Notes: generated by a model from the sequence alone, not told the origin. A stretch of 64,000 nt of DNA from Chrysomallon squamiferum (GCA_012295275.1 CM022672.1:31372001-31436000); one strand, 5' to 3'; shown: positions 11,706 through 26,239, counted from the first letter of the stretch. A program made the numbers and translations.

Positions 11706-14700
11706 CCTCCCTCCCTCCCTCCCCAGTGTCTCTTTCAGACTACAAAAATTACACACATCACATCACATGCAGAAACATGTTACAAAACACTGGGTTATTA
11801 ACTCGCGCTACTCACTGTTCAAACTATTTCAGTGGATTCCCTGCTTGTGAAGCCACACCCAGCATTTAAAGGCAGAATGAACACATCCTACCAAAGCCAT
11901 TGGAAGATGAAAGGCAAAACACTGGACGTTGGTCATCGTGGAATGGGCATGTCCTACAAACAGTAAGAATACTTGTCATTTTCCTCATTGTATTTAGTAA
12001 ATGTCCTGATTATTATGTATTTTACTTACTGCTTGAAGCTACAGGTACATACTATTACATAGGTAAATGTCCTGATTATTATGTATTTTACTTACTGCTT
12101 GAAGCTACAGGTACATACTGTTACATACGTAAATGTCCTGATTATCATGTATTTTACTTACTGCTTGAAGCTACAGGTACATACTATTACATGGGTAAAT
12201 GTCCTGATTATCATGTATTTTACTTACTGCTTGAAGCTACAGGTACATACTATTACATGGGTAAATGTCCTGATTATCATGTATTTTACTTACTGCTTGA
12301 AGCTACAGGTACATACTATTACATGGGTAAATGTCCTGATTATCATGTATTTTACTTACTGCTTGAAGCTACAGGTACATACTATTACATGGGTAAATGT
12401 CCTGATTATCATGTATTTTACTTACTGCTTGAAGCTACAGGTACATACTATTACATGGGTAAATGTCCTGATTATCATGTATTTTACTTACTGCTTGAAG
12501 CTACAGGTACATACTATTACATGGGTAAATGTCCTGATTATCATGTATTTTACTTACTGCTTGAAGCTACAGGTACATACTATTACATACGTAAATGTCC
12601 TGATTATCATGTATTTTACTTTTACAGGTACATACTATTACATGGGTAAATGTCCTGATTATCATGTATTTTACTTACTGCTTTACAGGTACATACTATT
12701 ACATGGGTAAATGTCCTGATTATCATGTATTTTACTTACTTGAATACAGGTACAACTATTACATGGGTAAATGTCCTGATTATCATGTATTTTACTTATT
12801 GCTTGAAGCTACAGGTACATAGTATTACATAAGTAAATGTCCTGATTATCATGTATTTTACTTATTGCTTGAAGCTACAGGTACATACTATTACATACGT
12901 AAATGTCCTGATTATCATGTATTTTACTTACTGCTTGAAGCTACAGGTACATACTATTACATACGTAAATGTCCTGATTATCATGTATTTTGCTTACTGC
13001 TTGAAGCTACAGGTACATACTATTACATACGTAAATGTCCTGATTATCATGTATTTTACTTACTGCTTGAAGCTACAGGTACATACTATTACACAGGTAA
13101 ATGTCCTGATTATCATGTATTTTACTTACTGCTTGAAGCTACAGGTACATACTATTACATACGTAAATGTCCTGATTATCATGTATTTTACTTACTGCTT
13201 GAAACTACAGGTACATAATATTACACAGGTAAATGTCCTGATTATCATGTATTTTACTTACTGCTTGAAACTACAGGTACATAATATTACACAGGTAAAT
13301 GTCCTGATTATTATGTATTTTACTTACTGCTTGAAGCTATAGGTACATACTATTACATAGGCTTTCAGCTGTAACAAATTATGGGTTATAATCACTGTTT
13401 ACATTTGTACCCAGGTTCATTTCAGTGGGGAGAGCATTTCTTAAACGATTAGAGAGAAACTTTCCTTTATTTTGGTAGTGAAATAAAATTTTGCCTGTAA
13501 AAGATGCTGTTGCTTGATAGTACATTCTCAGTGATACCTTTTTAATACTAATATTTTATAAAGTTTCATATCTTCAATGACCCCTGTATGTGTGTATGTA
13601 TGACACAACTTCAAATGGCAAATATTTGTTTGTTTAAATAAAATGCACTGGACAGTAGTTTTCATGCAGATTTCATGTGTGAAATCTAACTGATAAATTG
13701 TAAATCATTCTTGAAATTTATCTTTCAAATTATAAGCAGTCCTTGCATATATTAAAATAAAAAAAATTGTTAACACAAGTATTTAACTTTCTGTAAAAAT
13801 CATTCCAAATAATGGAAATTATTTTAAAATTTTTAATATCTGAATATTCTTCTTCTTTTCCTTTCCCTATTTTTTTTTAATTTTTTTTTTTTTTTTTTTT
13901 TGCATATTTAATTACTGAAAAATAAAATTTCCAATGTTGCTCTAATTACAAGATTTTTATTCCTATGGTGAATTAGTTTCAGATGTTGAAATTATGTGTT
14001 TTATTTTACAATGATGTTTCTGTTTTTTCTATAGATGTGTTAATTAATAATTTAATGCTATCTAGTATCTCAGTACCTTGCTAGTAAAACAAAAACATAA
14101 TTTAGCTTTGTTTGTTCTTCACTGCCTGTATAATTGTTTTGTTGTTTTTAGCATAGCACTTGTACAAGAAAATACACTGGCATCATTTTCGGCTGCAGCA
14201 AACCATGTATGTATTTTAGCACTTAAATAAAATTAATGTTCAGAATGTGTTCAGATTTATTTAGTAACTGTCAGTAAGGCTATAAAGACTGAGGCAGTCT
14301 CAGTGCAGTCTATCAGTAATCATACAGTGTGCAATGATAGAATTCTTTATTTAGTTCAGTTGTCTTGTTTAATACATAAATGTTAAAGTGGATATGGCAG
14401 TGTAGTATAGTACTGTATAATACTAACTTACAAGGCCATCTGAAAATGTTTCTAGCTATCCTGAGCCTCAGTATATCAAAGGTTAGTACTGTCTAAAAAA
14501 AAAAAAAAAAAAAAAAAAAATGTTTAATGGACTCTGTTTAAACCAGCATTTGTTTTCTGCCTAATGTGGACACTGTCTACCTCAGAATCCAGGTGGAAGC
14601 TTGAGCCAAAACAACAGTGTATTTAGTCATTAGCCACAAATTTTCAAGTACAGTCTACTTTTTGTCACTGCTTTAAAAGCTGGCACCAAATTTCCGTATG

Positions 14701-17695
14701 TGAGAATTCATAGTCAGGTAAAATAATCACGTTTCTTTAAAGGATTAGTTAAAAACAATGATTCCCTACTAGTAATTACAATGTGCAGATACACGTCAAA
14801 AGGATTATTATTAATTTATGTGGTCTATACGTATTTTACTCAAACTATTTTAATAAAAAGTAGCAAACAAGAGCTTGTTTGTGCTGTCTTATTGAATTTG
14901 TAATGCTAAAGTGATCTTAAATAACGGAAGATAATTACAGACTGAAGTAAAATTAGTAGAGTATAAACGTGAGTATAAATAAAACTGTTTAGCTTATTCA
15001 GGAATACAGTTGTGTCAATTATTGGCAGAGACACATTTTAACTGAAACAAAGTAAGAAACAGCTGATAGATCTGAAATTCTTGATTCTAACAGCAGGCAT
15101 GATTGAAAAACCTGCTTAATTACGTCTAATTTTCTGTGGCTGTTTACAGCAGTGATGGACAAATTTTAAATGGGCAGGAACAATAACTCTGGGTGAAATA
15201 AAATGAAAATGTTTCTAAATAAACCAGTATTTTTCTCAAACAAACACAGTTTAAACAGAGTCCAATGTAAATTACAAACTGAGCTAACCGAAATTGCTTC
15301 ACATAACAACTTCATGGTCAAAATGAAATAAAACTAATGTTTAATAATAATAATAATTTACAAAACAGTTCTTCACTTTCTTTTCAATTTATCGGACACG
15401 TGCTTCTAGTTCATTATTTAAAAAAAAAAAAATCATGGATATTATTTAAAAGACATAAATTGATTGCAGGGCGCCGATATGGTTGAGTTTGATGTGATGT
15501 TAACAAAGGACCACATGCCAGTTGTCTACCATGACTATGCCGTCTGCCTTTCCTACAAGAAGGTAAATTGGATGGCAAATAAAATTAATGTTAAAAATTA
15601 CCCTTTTTAAATGTTAAAAAAAAAATTAACGGAAAGTTTAATATTTTTCTAGATTCATGTTTACTTTGAATCAACAGCACTTTTCATTTATTAATTTTTT
15701 TTTTTATCAGATAAATTTTGCATTCCTGTAAAATATATTGAATAATGGTAGATAAAATAATTATTCATTAAAAATTTTGCATTCATATAAAATATACTGA
15801 ATAATGGTAGATAAAATAATTATTCATTAAAAATTAAATAATTTAAGTGTTAAGAATTGAGATATTTTTCAGTTTTATTTTTATTGTTATTACTAACATA
15901 TTTTTTTTTTTTCTCTCTCTAAACAGAGAGCTGAAGAGGAGGCTGAATTATTTACAATTCCAATAAAAGATCTTACTCTGGAAAATCTTCATTCAATGAA
16001 GGTAAAACTGTTTGGAATTACTATAAACTGCAGTACTTATACCTTTTTTTAATCTGATAAACCTTAACTGCCAGACTTCAAGAAAATAGTCTGCATAATG
16101 TATTACATGTTAAATTTTACTTCTGTTCCTTTTTTTTATACCATCCAATCTTAATAACAAAAAATATTGACAACAAAATCCAAATTTAATTTTTATTGGT
16201 AACATACCATTTTTTTTTATTGTTCATGGCATTTAATTTCCATCTAAACTTTGATTTAAAAATTAACCTTTCAGTCTGATTGGTTCATCTTTTTGAAATT
16301 GTTGTTTATTTGCCAGAGATAACCAACCCTAGCCAATGCCAGAAAAACTTTTTTATTTTTAATTTTCAGTATTGACAAGGGCAACATATATATAGAATGT
16401 TGACTGTCTTTGGATCACTGAACATGTACAAAAATGTTCAATAACAGAAATGTATAATCAGGCAAGGTTGAAAACTCCACATTTCTTGTCTGATTTTTTC
16501 TGGTTGTTGTCCATTTGTTATTATATACATTCGTGACTTAAAAAATAAAAATATATTTGGCAAGAACCGTAACTCTGTATCACGTTTTTATTTCAGTTAT
16601 CCCACATGGGGTCTCATGTAGGTAAGTTGGTTGCTTTTCATCACAAGTCTTTCTCTGCATCTTTTTAACAAGATTAAAAACATTCTCAGAAAATTATGTC
16701 TTGATGTCTCAAAAACACTACAGATGTTCTTAAAATAATATATATTTTTTTTTTTTTATTTGCTGCTGTTGTCGTGTACTGTAATATTTTTCTCTGAGTT
16801 GGTTGAAAATTGTTTTAAAATGTCGCAGATCTGAGGGAACTGGGTGATTCCGATGAAACGAAGCCGTTTCCTACCTTGAAACAAGTTCTCGAAAATGTTG
16901 ATAGTCGTCTTGATTTTAACCTTGAGGTCAAACATCCACTTATTGGAGAAGTAAGTTGATAATTATTTACACAGGGTGCATGTAATTGTAAGTGTGCTGC
17001 AGTTGTGTATTTGTTGTTCCGCAAATACAATCAAATGATAGTACCTCTGTCAGAAAGTGTCTTGAAGTTTTGATTGGTCATTTTGATTATGATTATTTTG
17101 TAAATAATTTTTTGTATTTTTAAAAGTCATTTGTAATTTACACTGGACATTCTTTCCTGGGGTGCCTGCAGTTATGTCTGTTACTGTTGATTACAAACAG
17201 TGAGTATTTAGATATTTGTAAAAATAAAATGTTGAAAAAGTTGTAGTTTTAAAGTAACAAAGTGATAAAAATACAATTTAATATTGGCAGATGGAGTATA
17301 ATGTTATATAGACAGCAGGACAGTTCTCCAACAAGTTTCTCAAGGAAGCTCAGTACATACAGACTGTGCTAAATGGCTAATTTTACTAAATAATGGAGGA
17401 CTTTAGAAGGTCCCATTATTTATATAACAGCTGGCTAGTATTACTACTAACAATATCAAGAGAAGATAAAACTGGTGAAATGTAGAATTACACTTTTTTT
17501 TTTTTTTTTTTTTTTACTGTTTTCTAGGATGATGCTTCAGAGCAGGAACTTTATTTTGATCACAATTTTCAAGTCGACCGAATTCTTGACATTATTTTTG
17601 AATGTGCTGGATCTAGACAGATAGTCTTCTCCAGCTTTGATCCTGACACCTGCATTATGTAAGATGATAGATTAAACACCTGTACTATCAGCCTG

Positions 17696-17751
<56 letters not shown>

Positions 17752-20525
17752 GAATACTTGATATTAAATGAAGAGAAAGATTTTGTTGATTTCAGAAGTT
17801 ATCTTTACAAATTCAGTTTTACACTTTAACCAATAAAAATATCTAAAAAATTAAAATAAAAAAATAAAATTTTTTTTGCAATAACATTTATTAGTGAAAT
17901 GTTCTTTGTCTGCTTGCTTCAAAGGTGATTTTGAGCAGAGATAAAGTAATAATTAAGACCCTTTCATTGTAACAGTTTTTTAAATTAAATGTCTTCTCTT
18001 CAGGTTGCAGTTGAAACAGAACTTGTATCCTGTTCTCTTTTTATCAAATGGCCCCACATCGGACAAACAATATTCAGACTTCAGAGCTAAAACATTTGAA
18101 GCAGCAATCAGCTTTGCTGTGTCTGAAGGAATTCTGGTTGGTTTCATATCTCTTTCTCTCTCTGTCTCCCTCCCTCCCTGTATATATTTGTATGTATTAT
18201 ATTATGTATCTCTCTCTCTCTCTATCTCCCTCCCTCCCTCATCTGTCTGTTGGGGTGTGTTTGTGTAAGCAAGTGAGTGACATTGAATGACGGTAGGATC
18301 AAAAAAAATCTAATTTGTCCGAATTTTCTACTCATATCATTTAAAATAAAACTTTTTAGATATTTAACACTTCAAAAAATATATATTAATATATGTTACA
18401 GACAGGCCCTGATGTTTCAAAAGAAGGTTAAAATGATCAAAACATTCAAACCAATACATATATATGCTGAGTTTTTGTGCATTCTTTCAAAGTGGGTGTT
18501 GACAGAAAGAAAAATGTTTTTTTCCAGGGAGTTGATTTCCAGGCGGAGGGTGTGTTACAGGACATGTCTGTCATCAGGAAGTCACACGAGGCTGGACTCG
18601 TCATCTTCATCTGGGGCGAGGACGTCAACGACAAAGAAACAATCAAACTGTTCCGACAGCACGGCGCAGATGGTGTAATCTATGACAGGTTTTTCTCGTT
18701 TGATTTCTTTCTTTTTTCTTTTTGTTTCTTTCTGTAGACGCTAAAACAAATATTTGCTCTGTTCGCAAGTCGTTTGGAGATGGTATATAAAATCTGAAGG
18801 ATTCTTTGCAGGGTTTGTATGCGTCTTGGAAAGTTTTGGAAAGTTTTGGAAATTCGTCAGTGTTTTCCAGGACCTTAAAAGTTTTCGATCACCAGGTTTT
18901 TTTTAACCTTGGCTGTGGAAAAGTTATGGAAAATTAGGTCCTTGCCTTAAATAAAAATGTATGAAAAACTGGCTTGTTTCACCAGCGTTCAAAACAGAGA
19001 GTACTGGTTCAATTTATTGTACCCATATTCAGTAAACTTGGGAAGAGAAAACAAAGAATGTGTGCATTTAAAACAAGCAGTCTGTGAAACCACTGTGTAC
19101 AAACAAAGATGTGACATGACTTCTTGCACATCCCAATTATAAGGGAAATGTGTATTGCTAAAAAAAAAAATCATTTTGGGTAGTCCATTTTTTTTTTTTT
19201 TTAAATATCTTAAATTATCAACAATAGGTGATACTTGTTGCAAACATCTGTTGGACCGGCTGAGTGGACTTGTTGTGACATTGCTAAGTACAATACTTCT
19301 GTTATCACAGCGATGTGCCCACATAATTAATGATTTACTACAATGACAATGAGCTGTTTCAACCAATTCAAGCTTCTAAATGCAGTAACACTTTCTCTTA
19401 CAGAAACTGCTGATATTTAAAATAGAAAATAAATTCCATATATAAAGAGATGATTTGGGCAATTTAACGATACTTAATCAATTGAATAAGAAGAAAGGAA
19501 TCTGACCACTCTTTGTGAAGCAGTACTTCTGATCTTCATACTTCTGAGCAGTCTGCCTCACATTATGTCCACTCCAAGAATAAAACTGCAGTTTAAAACG
19601 CCAAAATAAATGACAGTAATTTATTTATTTTTTTAATTATAGTAATCCTACATGTTTACCACTCAGCTTAGTGAAGGCAGAAGTATTTACTGTGACTAAC
19701 AAGTCTTAAAACTGAAAAAAAAAAAAAAACACTTTGTTTGGTTATGGAAATTTGGATTTGTGGGCTTTGGAAAGTTTTGTAAAAGTTGGGAAATTTTGAC
19801 AGCCATTGTGTACGAACCCTGTCTTTTGGAAAGATCATTTATTTTATAAGTGTTTTATTGCAATGTCTTACATTAACAGCAGTCTTCAGTGCAGTGGTGA
19901 GTGATTTTAGTACCTGGGGCTGTATAAGGGAGGGGTTGACTTGTGTTTCAGTGCGAATTTGAACATGGTTGATAAAGGTTTTAATGATTTTTAGCTTCAT
20001 GAAAAGAATTTTTTTTTTAAATTACTGTTTCAGTAGGTTTTAATTGTTTAATAATTACCATTTCAGTTCATTGTAATCGTTTAAAAAGTTACTGATTCAG
20101 TGTGTTATAATTGTTAAAAAAAATTACCATTTCAATTCATTGATTGTTTAAAAAATTACTATTTCAGTTTGTTGTAATTGTATAAAAATTTACCATTTCA
20201 ATTCATTGTAATTGTTTAAAAAATTACTATTTCAATTCATTATGATTGTTTGAAAAATTCCTATTTCAGTTTGTTATAATTGTTAAAAAATTACCATTTT
20301 AGTTCATTATAATTGTTAAAAATATTACCATTTCAGTTTGTTATAATTGTTCAAAAATAAATTCCAGTGTGTTTTCTTTTTGACAGAATTGACTTTCATA
20401 AACCACAGGACGACGTTCTCTATGAGACAGATAAAAGTGAAAAGGCTCTGATGAAAGAAATGTCTTGTGTGGGTCTGCCTGATACCAACTACCACAGAGA
20501 GACTGAGCCACGAAGCATTTCTTAA
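4524..20525 (+). CDS. GPCPD1: Glycerophosphocholine phosphodiesterase GPCPD1/GDE5, tandem copy A (CBM20 + GDPD domain), multi-exon, about 613 aa
   Basis: GT-AG exons with consistent phases: 4524-4669, 5219-5379, 5722-5760, 9176-9327, 10669-10779, 11145-11313, 11833-11962, 14152-14206, 15470-15562, 15927-16001, 16597-16621, 16829-16950, 17528-17658, 18004-18136, 18528-18688, 20387-20525 (sum 1842 nt, ends TAA). CBM20 motifs: [32 protein letters not shown]5-type motifs: [91 protein letters not shown] small linker exon between 9327 and 10669 may be missing from this model. Confidence 0.93.
9757..10610. repeat. 44-bp minisatellite, about 19 copies, intron of copy A
   Basis: Unit TACTGTATTTGTCCTTCTTAATAACATTAGGATAATAATAGGTT; period 44 (e.g. 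10161 to 10205). Confidence 0.95.
11997..13360. repeat. 66-bp minisatellite, about 21 near-identical copies, intron of copy A
   Basis: Unit GTAAATGTCCTGATTATCATGTATTTTACTTACTGCTTGAAGCTACAGGTACATACTATTACATGG; period 66 (11997 to 12063). It produces the 22-aa repeat ORFs in the track. Confidence 0.97.
15713..15836. repeat. 59-bp tandem duplication
   Basis: GCATTC..TAAAATATA.TGAATAATGGTAGATAAAATAATTATTCATTAAAAATT at 15720 and 15779. Confidence 0.85.
18809..19821. mobile_element. Non-autonomous DNA transposon, about 1.0 kb, with short TIRs
   Basis: Ends CAGGGTTTGTA (18809) and TACGAACCCTG (19821) are inverted repeats; subterminal GGAAAGTTTT repeats occur at both ends; no transposase ORF; flanks ATTCTTTG / TCTTTTGG are at best an eroded TSD. 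Superfamily not assignable by eye. Confidence 0.7.
20015..20360. repeat. Degenerate minisatellite of about 35 bp just upstream of the last exon of copy A
   Basis: Repeated AAAAAATTACCATTTCA(G/A)TTCATTGTAATTGTT units, about 9 copies. Confidence 0.85.
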
Positions 20526-22502
20526 CTTCTCAACTGAGTTCACAGCATCCACCTCTTAACTGCTGTGGCTGGTGTTATCCGAGTTTGAAAACTTCCAGTT
20601 AATTTCTCACGGTTTTTTTTTTTTTTTTAAATTATACAGGTCAGCAATCAATTACCTGTGGGATAATTTCTTGTTCTTTTCTTCTTTTTTTTTTCCCATG
20701 TGATTAGACAACTATTGTGTAGGTGTGTTTAATTTGAATGTGTTTAAAAACAATTGTTACGTTTTTATCTTGCAAATAAATCCTGGAGATTGTTTATCAT
20801 ATATCATATATCATATATCAAGTATTTTTGTTAAGACTTGCTTGATTGTGTGTTGGGGAGTGTCTCATTTTTTAACCAGTTAATACCAGTTGGTATCTGG
20901 CCATTGGCTGCTGATAAATCTTGAAGTTTGTTTCATCAAAAGACACACATGCACACACACACACAAACACACAAACACGTATGCTTTCTTGATGTACTTT
21001 GCTATATCAGTAGACACTTGAAGTTAAAATTATTTTTGTTTTTATTATGTTTGGATGTTACCCATTTTTATTTTAATGTTGTTGTAATCAAAATATACAC
21101 ATATCTTTTTTTTAAATGTCTGTACATTTTTAATAAAAGATAATTTATGAAATTTTAAAATTAAAGGTTTCTCTAACATTAAATTACTTTGTATTTTTTT
21201 TTTTTTTTTTATTATTACACGTTTAAAATATTCTAAATTTCTTTAACACAGTATCTTACCATCTCAGAATATTTTTTATTTCTTCATTTAAAAAACAATG
21301 TTTGTAATATTGAAAATGTAAATTTAAAAAACATTATTTTTCATCAACACTGGAATGGATTCTTTTTAATCTTGTTAGATTACTGTTTGTTTATATGTTG
21401 CTGTTTTGAATATACTTCAAATAACAGATCTCTGTCCCACAAGCTAGTCCATTGTTCCTCAGTTTATTTTTATCACATTTTCAAAAAACATATCCTACTT
21501 TTACGTTCTGATTATGGAAGAACAAAGTTGTTACACATAAAATATCTTAAATAAAATTTTTTTTTTTTTTCATAAAGGTCCTCTGTACTGTATTGTTGTT
21601 AATATTAAAACACACTAACAAAAAAAAAACTTATTAGCTGTGGCAGTTGTTTGTGCCGAAACAAATATGTTCTGTGTATATTTTTTTATTTTTTTAAAAT
21701 CAAATTTCAGCATGGCAGGAAAGTGAGTGTAATTATTAATGATGTATGTATAACATAGCACTGATGTATCTGTTAACATTGCACAAACAGAAATGAAGTG
21801 GAGAATGAATAATATAAATGTTCAGTATGGCAGTAACATCAGTGTGGGACACGTATGTATGTATTGATTATGTATGTATGACATACAGGTACTGATGTAT
21901 CTATTAACATTGTACAAAGAGAAATGAATAAACTAAATGTCAGCGATACTGACTGCTTGTTTACATTGAGATGTATAGAGAGTTAGAAATGATTTTACCA
22001 GAGCTGAAATGAGAAATTGAAGGGTCTTAACTGTGATGATAATAATCCAGAAATGAGTTTTTTTTCAAACTGATGATTATTATTATCTGTACAAAGCAAT
22101 AACATGAAATGATGCCCTGCCACACTTATTCATTTATTTATGTATAAAAAATGTGTATGCTGATAATCTGTCATGTGTTAAATTGCTGGATTTACTGTGA
22201 CATTTGTTTGTTCTAACGATGATAAAAAAAAAATGTATATATGACAACTAATAATACATTACCTGACTGCAGTTTAACATATTGCATTAAATGCTACATT
22301 TAAAAGACTGCATTCAGTGTGTTTTTGGTTAATTTTTATTATATTTTGCTGCCGTTGTGTTGTAGGATGTTTTTTTTTTTTAAACAGAAATTGGGTTAAT
22401 ATTACACAACATAATTCCATTAACTGTTTTTCTAAAGTGAATCTGTCTTACTGAGCTCCTGTCCATACTTGGAGGTATTTATTTAAATAGCTGTATCAGA
22501 TA

Positions 22503-22650
22503 CAGTGGAACCCTGATTATAATGTCATTACTGTGGTCTAGAAATAAAGTTTTATATAATAATAGTAATAATAATGCACATTGCAGGGTAGTTAAAAGAA
22601 AATTATGATCTCGGTCTGTATGAGATGACTTATAACTGGGTTCTTCAGTG
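22503..22650. mobile_element. Small Tc1/pogo-type MITE remnant in the 3' region of copy A
   Basis: Left end TA|CAGTGGAACCCTGATTATAA and right end TTATAACTGGGTTCTTCAGTG form an imperfect inverted pair; CAGT start after TA is typical of pogo/Tigger-type MITEs. Confidence 0.5.
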
Positions 22651-24640
22651 TGCAAGTTGTGTGTACTGTATACTCTATATTAATCAGCTTGTTTTGCTGT
22701 GTCATTTAGAGTACAACAAATAAAATATATTTCTTTACAAAGTCTTTGTTATTTAAATCTCTATTTTAAAAGCTTTAGCCATGTGGTCAAAGTATTCAAA
22801 TGATTTTCTTTCCATTTAATTGGACTTTTTGAATTTATTTCTGATTAAGAACTTTTACAACTGTGAAAACTGCAGCATTTCTGAAGATATATTAACTATT
22901 AATGTTTTTCTTTTCGTTTTACTTTTTTTACTTTTTCAGTTTGTTTATTTGTCTTTTATTTTATTTTATTTTTATTTATTATATATATATATTTATTTTT
23001 TATTTTTAATATATTCTTTATTATCATGTGGGTTTTTTTGTGTGTATTTTTTTCCAGACATAAAAATTAATTTTATTAGAATTACTTAAAATATTTGCTC
23101 ACAATCGTATTTCTTGCAGAAAGTAAATCTTAGATTATCAGACAGGAAGCATCTGTTTCTTGTCAGAGATCATAGGTTAGTCAGCACTGAGTAGCATCCC
23201 TTGTCACAACGGAATAAACAACGGAAAACACTGACAGAAATTTCCCATGTTAATAATCCTGTACAGAAACTGATTAAACCAAAAATGTTAAAATATAGTT
23301 GTAATTGTTGCTTTTTTCAATATATATAAAAATGATAATAAAAAAAATATATGGGAAAGAAATATAATGTATTTATTCTGTACTTGTCATCCGCGGTTTT
23401 TGCCTAATCGCCGGTGTCCGTGAATGTAATTGTATACTTCCTTTTAATGTTGTGTTAGTAATAAAATAACCACTAAAAAAATTATCAAGGATTCTGACAA
23501 TATTATAACTTGCAAAATTACATATAATTTCATTATGATTGATGCACTTTCATTTACAGGCATATTAATGTGGGTTTATAATGGAAATGAAGTCGCGATA
23601 TTTTATGTATGTAGTTCTATACTTATTTACATTTTCAGGTGTGTCTGTGTTTACATAATACGTGCATCCCTAAATTTCTTGATGTATACGTCTGTGTTTC
23701 TGTATGTAGATGTGTGTATTTTGTTTTATGTGTTTATGTGTAGTAATTATTAGTTTGTGTTAATATTTTTTTTCGTTTAACTAAAATATATATGTAATCT
23801 GTGATAATACGTATAAATGTCCTTTTACAATAAATATATATTTCTACATAATATTTCTGTGATGTAGTTATTTCTGTAATACTGTAGTTGTGCTTTTCAG
23901 CATAGATATATTAGTAATGTCTTAATCAAAGATCGACCCATTATGGTGAAGCGACTTCCGGCTTTCTAGTCGGTAGAGAGTTAATTAATAAATCGCATGA
24001 AGACTTAAGCTCTTATTGTATGAAAACTAATTAATTAATAATAAATAAATAAATAAATAAAACTAATATTCTGTTTGAAATTTTTTTTAATAACCACTCC
24101 GGAAATAATACCTAGAAAATTTCGTAATTATTGAATTAGGTCTACCGTAAATTCTATTTTTAGAGGACTGCCTTATAACAGATTTAAAAGTTTATTTATT
24201 TATTTATATTCAGCTACTCCATTACATAGAAGGATACCTTCGGATAAACCTATTTATATTTTATTTTTATTATTTTGTTGTCTATTGCGATAAACTAAGG
24301 TAAGCGCTTTATCGTCGCAAACAGTAAAATAATAAAAATGAAACATAAATAAAATATTTGAACACTACGCTACAAAAGGTTATTGTGACACAGTATACAT
24401 GACCGGTTTTGTTCCTACAGCTTTAAAGAAACTAGGAAAAACATATATATATATATTTAATATTGTTTCCATAATACATCTAGTTGTAATTTTATTCGGT
24501 AATAAAGTAATAATTGTAATGGTAATTTGTTTTTATATGCAGCTCATTAAAAAAAAATTAATAATATAATACAGTAAGAAATAGCATTTTTATTTTTCAG
24601 CTTTTTATTACCATTTTATTTCTATTAGTGAATTTTTTCC

Positions 24641-24682
<42 letters not shown>

Positions 24683-25069
24683 TATATACAATGTAGATTA
24701 AAATATTTTTCCAAAAAATATGCTAAACAACATTTTAATGTTATTTCTCAAAAAAAAAAAAAAAAAAAAAATCCTTTGCCGTTTTATTCATGGGACTAAT
24801 TAGGTTGATTCTTAGAGTCCCGGCCATAGGTTAAAGGAAAAATTATGAATTCGATTCATGGAATGACTATTTTCCCGTCTGCCTATGTAAACGATGACAT
24901 TTCAATGATAATAAGTTGATAAACCACTACATACAAAGTGTAAACATATCCTGCTTGAAAGAGAAAAAACAAATAATAAGATGAAACAGAATTGTAGCCT
25001 TGTTTCGAATAGCAGATAATTAATGTGAATGTTGGAATTCAATGCTATTTATCATTTTGTGCCAACATA

Positions 25070-25307
25070 AGGTGCCCGTTGTACTCTGATCGATATTAAT
25101 GTTAATGAAAACAAAAATGACGTTTTCTAGGTCACTTAAACTGATCATGTGACATGACGTTTAATGAAACATTGTGCAGACGAGGCTTTGCTGTGAGGAT
25201 ATTGAACTTGAAAGTGCATTTCTTTAGAAGAATTTAAAATGTGATTTCTTATGCACTATTGAGCTAACAGCAAGCAGCCAAAAGTGGAATATTTCAATAA
25301 TGTAAGA
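25070..25307 (+). promoter_or_regulatory. Likely promoter and non-coding first exon of GPCPD1 copy B
   Basis: Local CpG retention, TCATGTGAC E-box at 25145-25153, ATGACGT half-CREs, donor AAT|GTAAGA at 25301/25302; acceptor gtag/cag (NAGNAG) at 26174/26177 ahead of the ATG exon. Confidence 0.4.
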
Positions 25308-26239
25308 TATTTGTTTATCTTGTGTAGCTAGATGATATTACCTTAAAAAAAAAAAAAAAATAAAAAATAAAAAAATAATCACAACCACTGAAAACAATTT
25401 GTTTATTGCAATTTATTTATTCTTGTTTTTAATACTTAGTGGAGTTTAGAATTGTTAAAATACAGAAGTATCAGAAATATAATTATGTATTTGTAAATCA
25501 GTTCTAATTATATATAATACTTTCATATTTTAGACATAGTTTGCTTCGGATATTTTAGTTTTCTTCCAATTTAATTGTTCTGTAATTATTTATCTTACAA
25601 ATATTTGTATCTCTATATATAATACTAATTATGTTAAAAATATTTTGGTGTTAAAGCTAGTTGCTGTTTTTCAAATTTTGATTTATGTAGATATTGTTTA
25701 GTAATTAACAATATTAAATTAATTATATTATCTTTTTTAGAATAAGAGTTTCACTTTTGATCTCCTGAATAAGCATTCGAGAATACCTGAACATGTTTAT
25801 ATAAACAGAATTCATATTTATTTGAATTTTTTATAACATAAAATGTTAGAAAAAATGCTTATTTGTTGATAAGATAATTAACAAGATTGTGTAATTAGAG
25901 TATAAAAGCCCTTTGTCTATAGTTGGCTTGAACAGGAAAAGATGTATGTATTTTCCACCATTTGTCACAGAACTCTATACAAAAAAAAAATATGAATCCA
26001 TTTTATTTGCATTTGTTTTACATTTTGATGTAGATTCTGTTATACAGTAATTGTAAAAAAAAAAAAAAAAAAAAAAAATATATACAACCATTTGTTTTGA
26101 AGTTGTTTTTTCTAGACAATTAGAAATTCATAGCATCTGTTGATAATTATTATTAATTTTCAACTGTTTTGTAGCAGATGTTTATTCATCATGTATAAAT
26201 GATAAGGATACATTGTCTTGGAGGCTGTTTTGACTGAAC

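Noticed and set aside
11900-13342. Long ORFs of 117-249 aa with 22-aa repeats
   Set aside because: They are translations of the intronic 66-bp minisatellite; the true exon ends at 11962 in another frame.
11997-13360. CRISPR-like appearance of the regular arrays (also 9757-10610)
   Set aside because: Head-to-tail units with no unique spacers, in a eukaryotic intron, with no cas genes.
23940-24330. Alternative first exon for copy B (ACTTCCGG at ~23954, donor AAG|GTAAGC at 24300)
   Set aside because: Could equally be a transposon fragment; nothing in the sequence links it to the gene, so it is not called as a feature.
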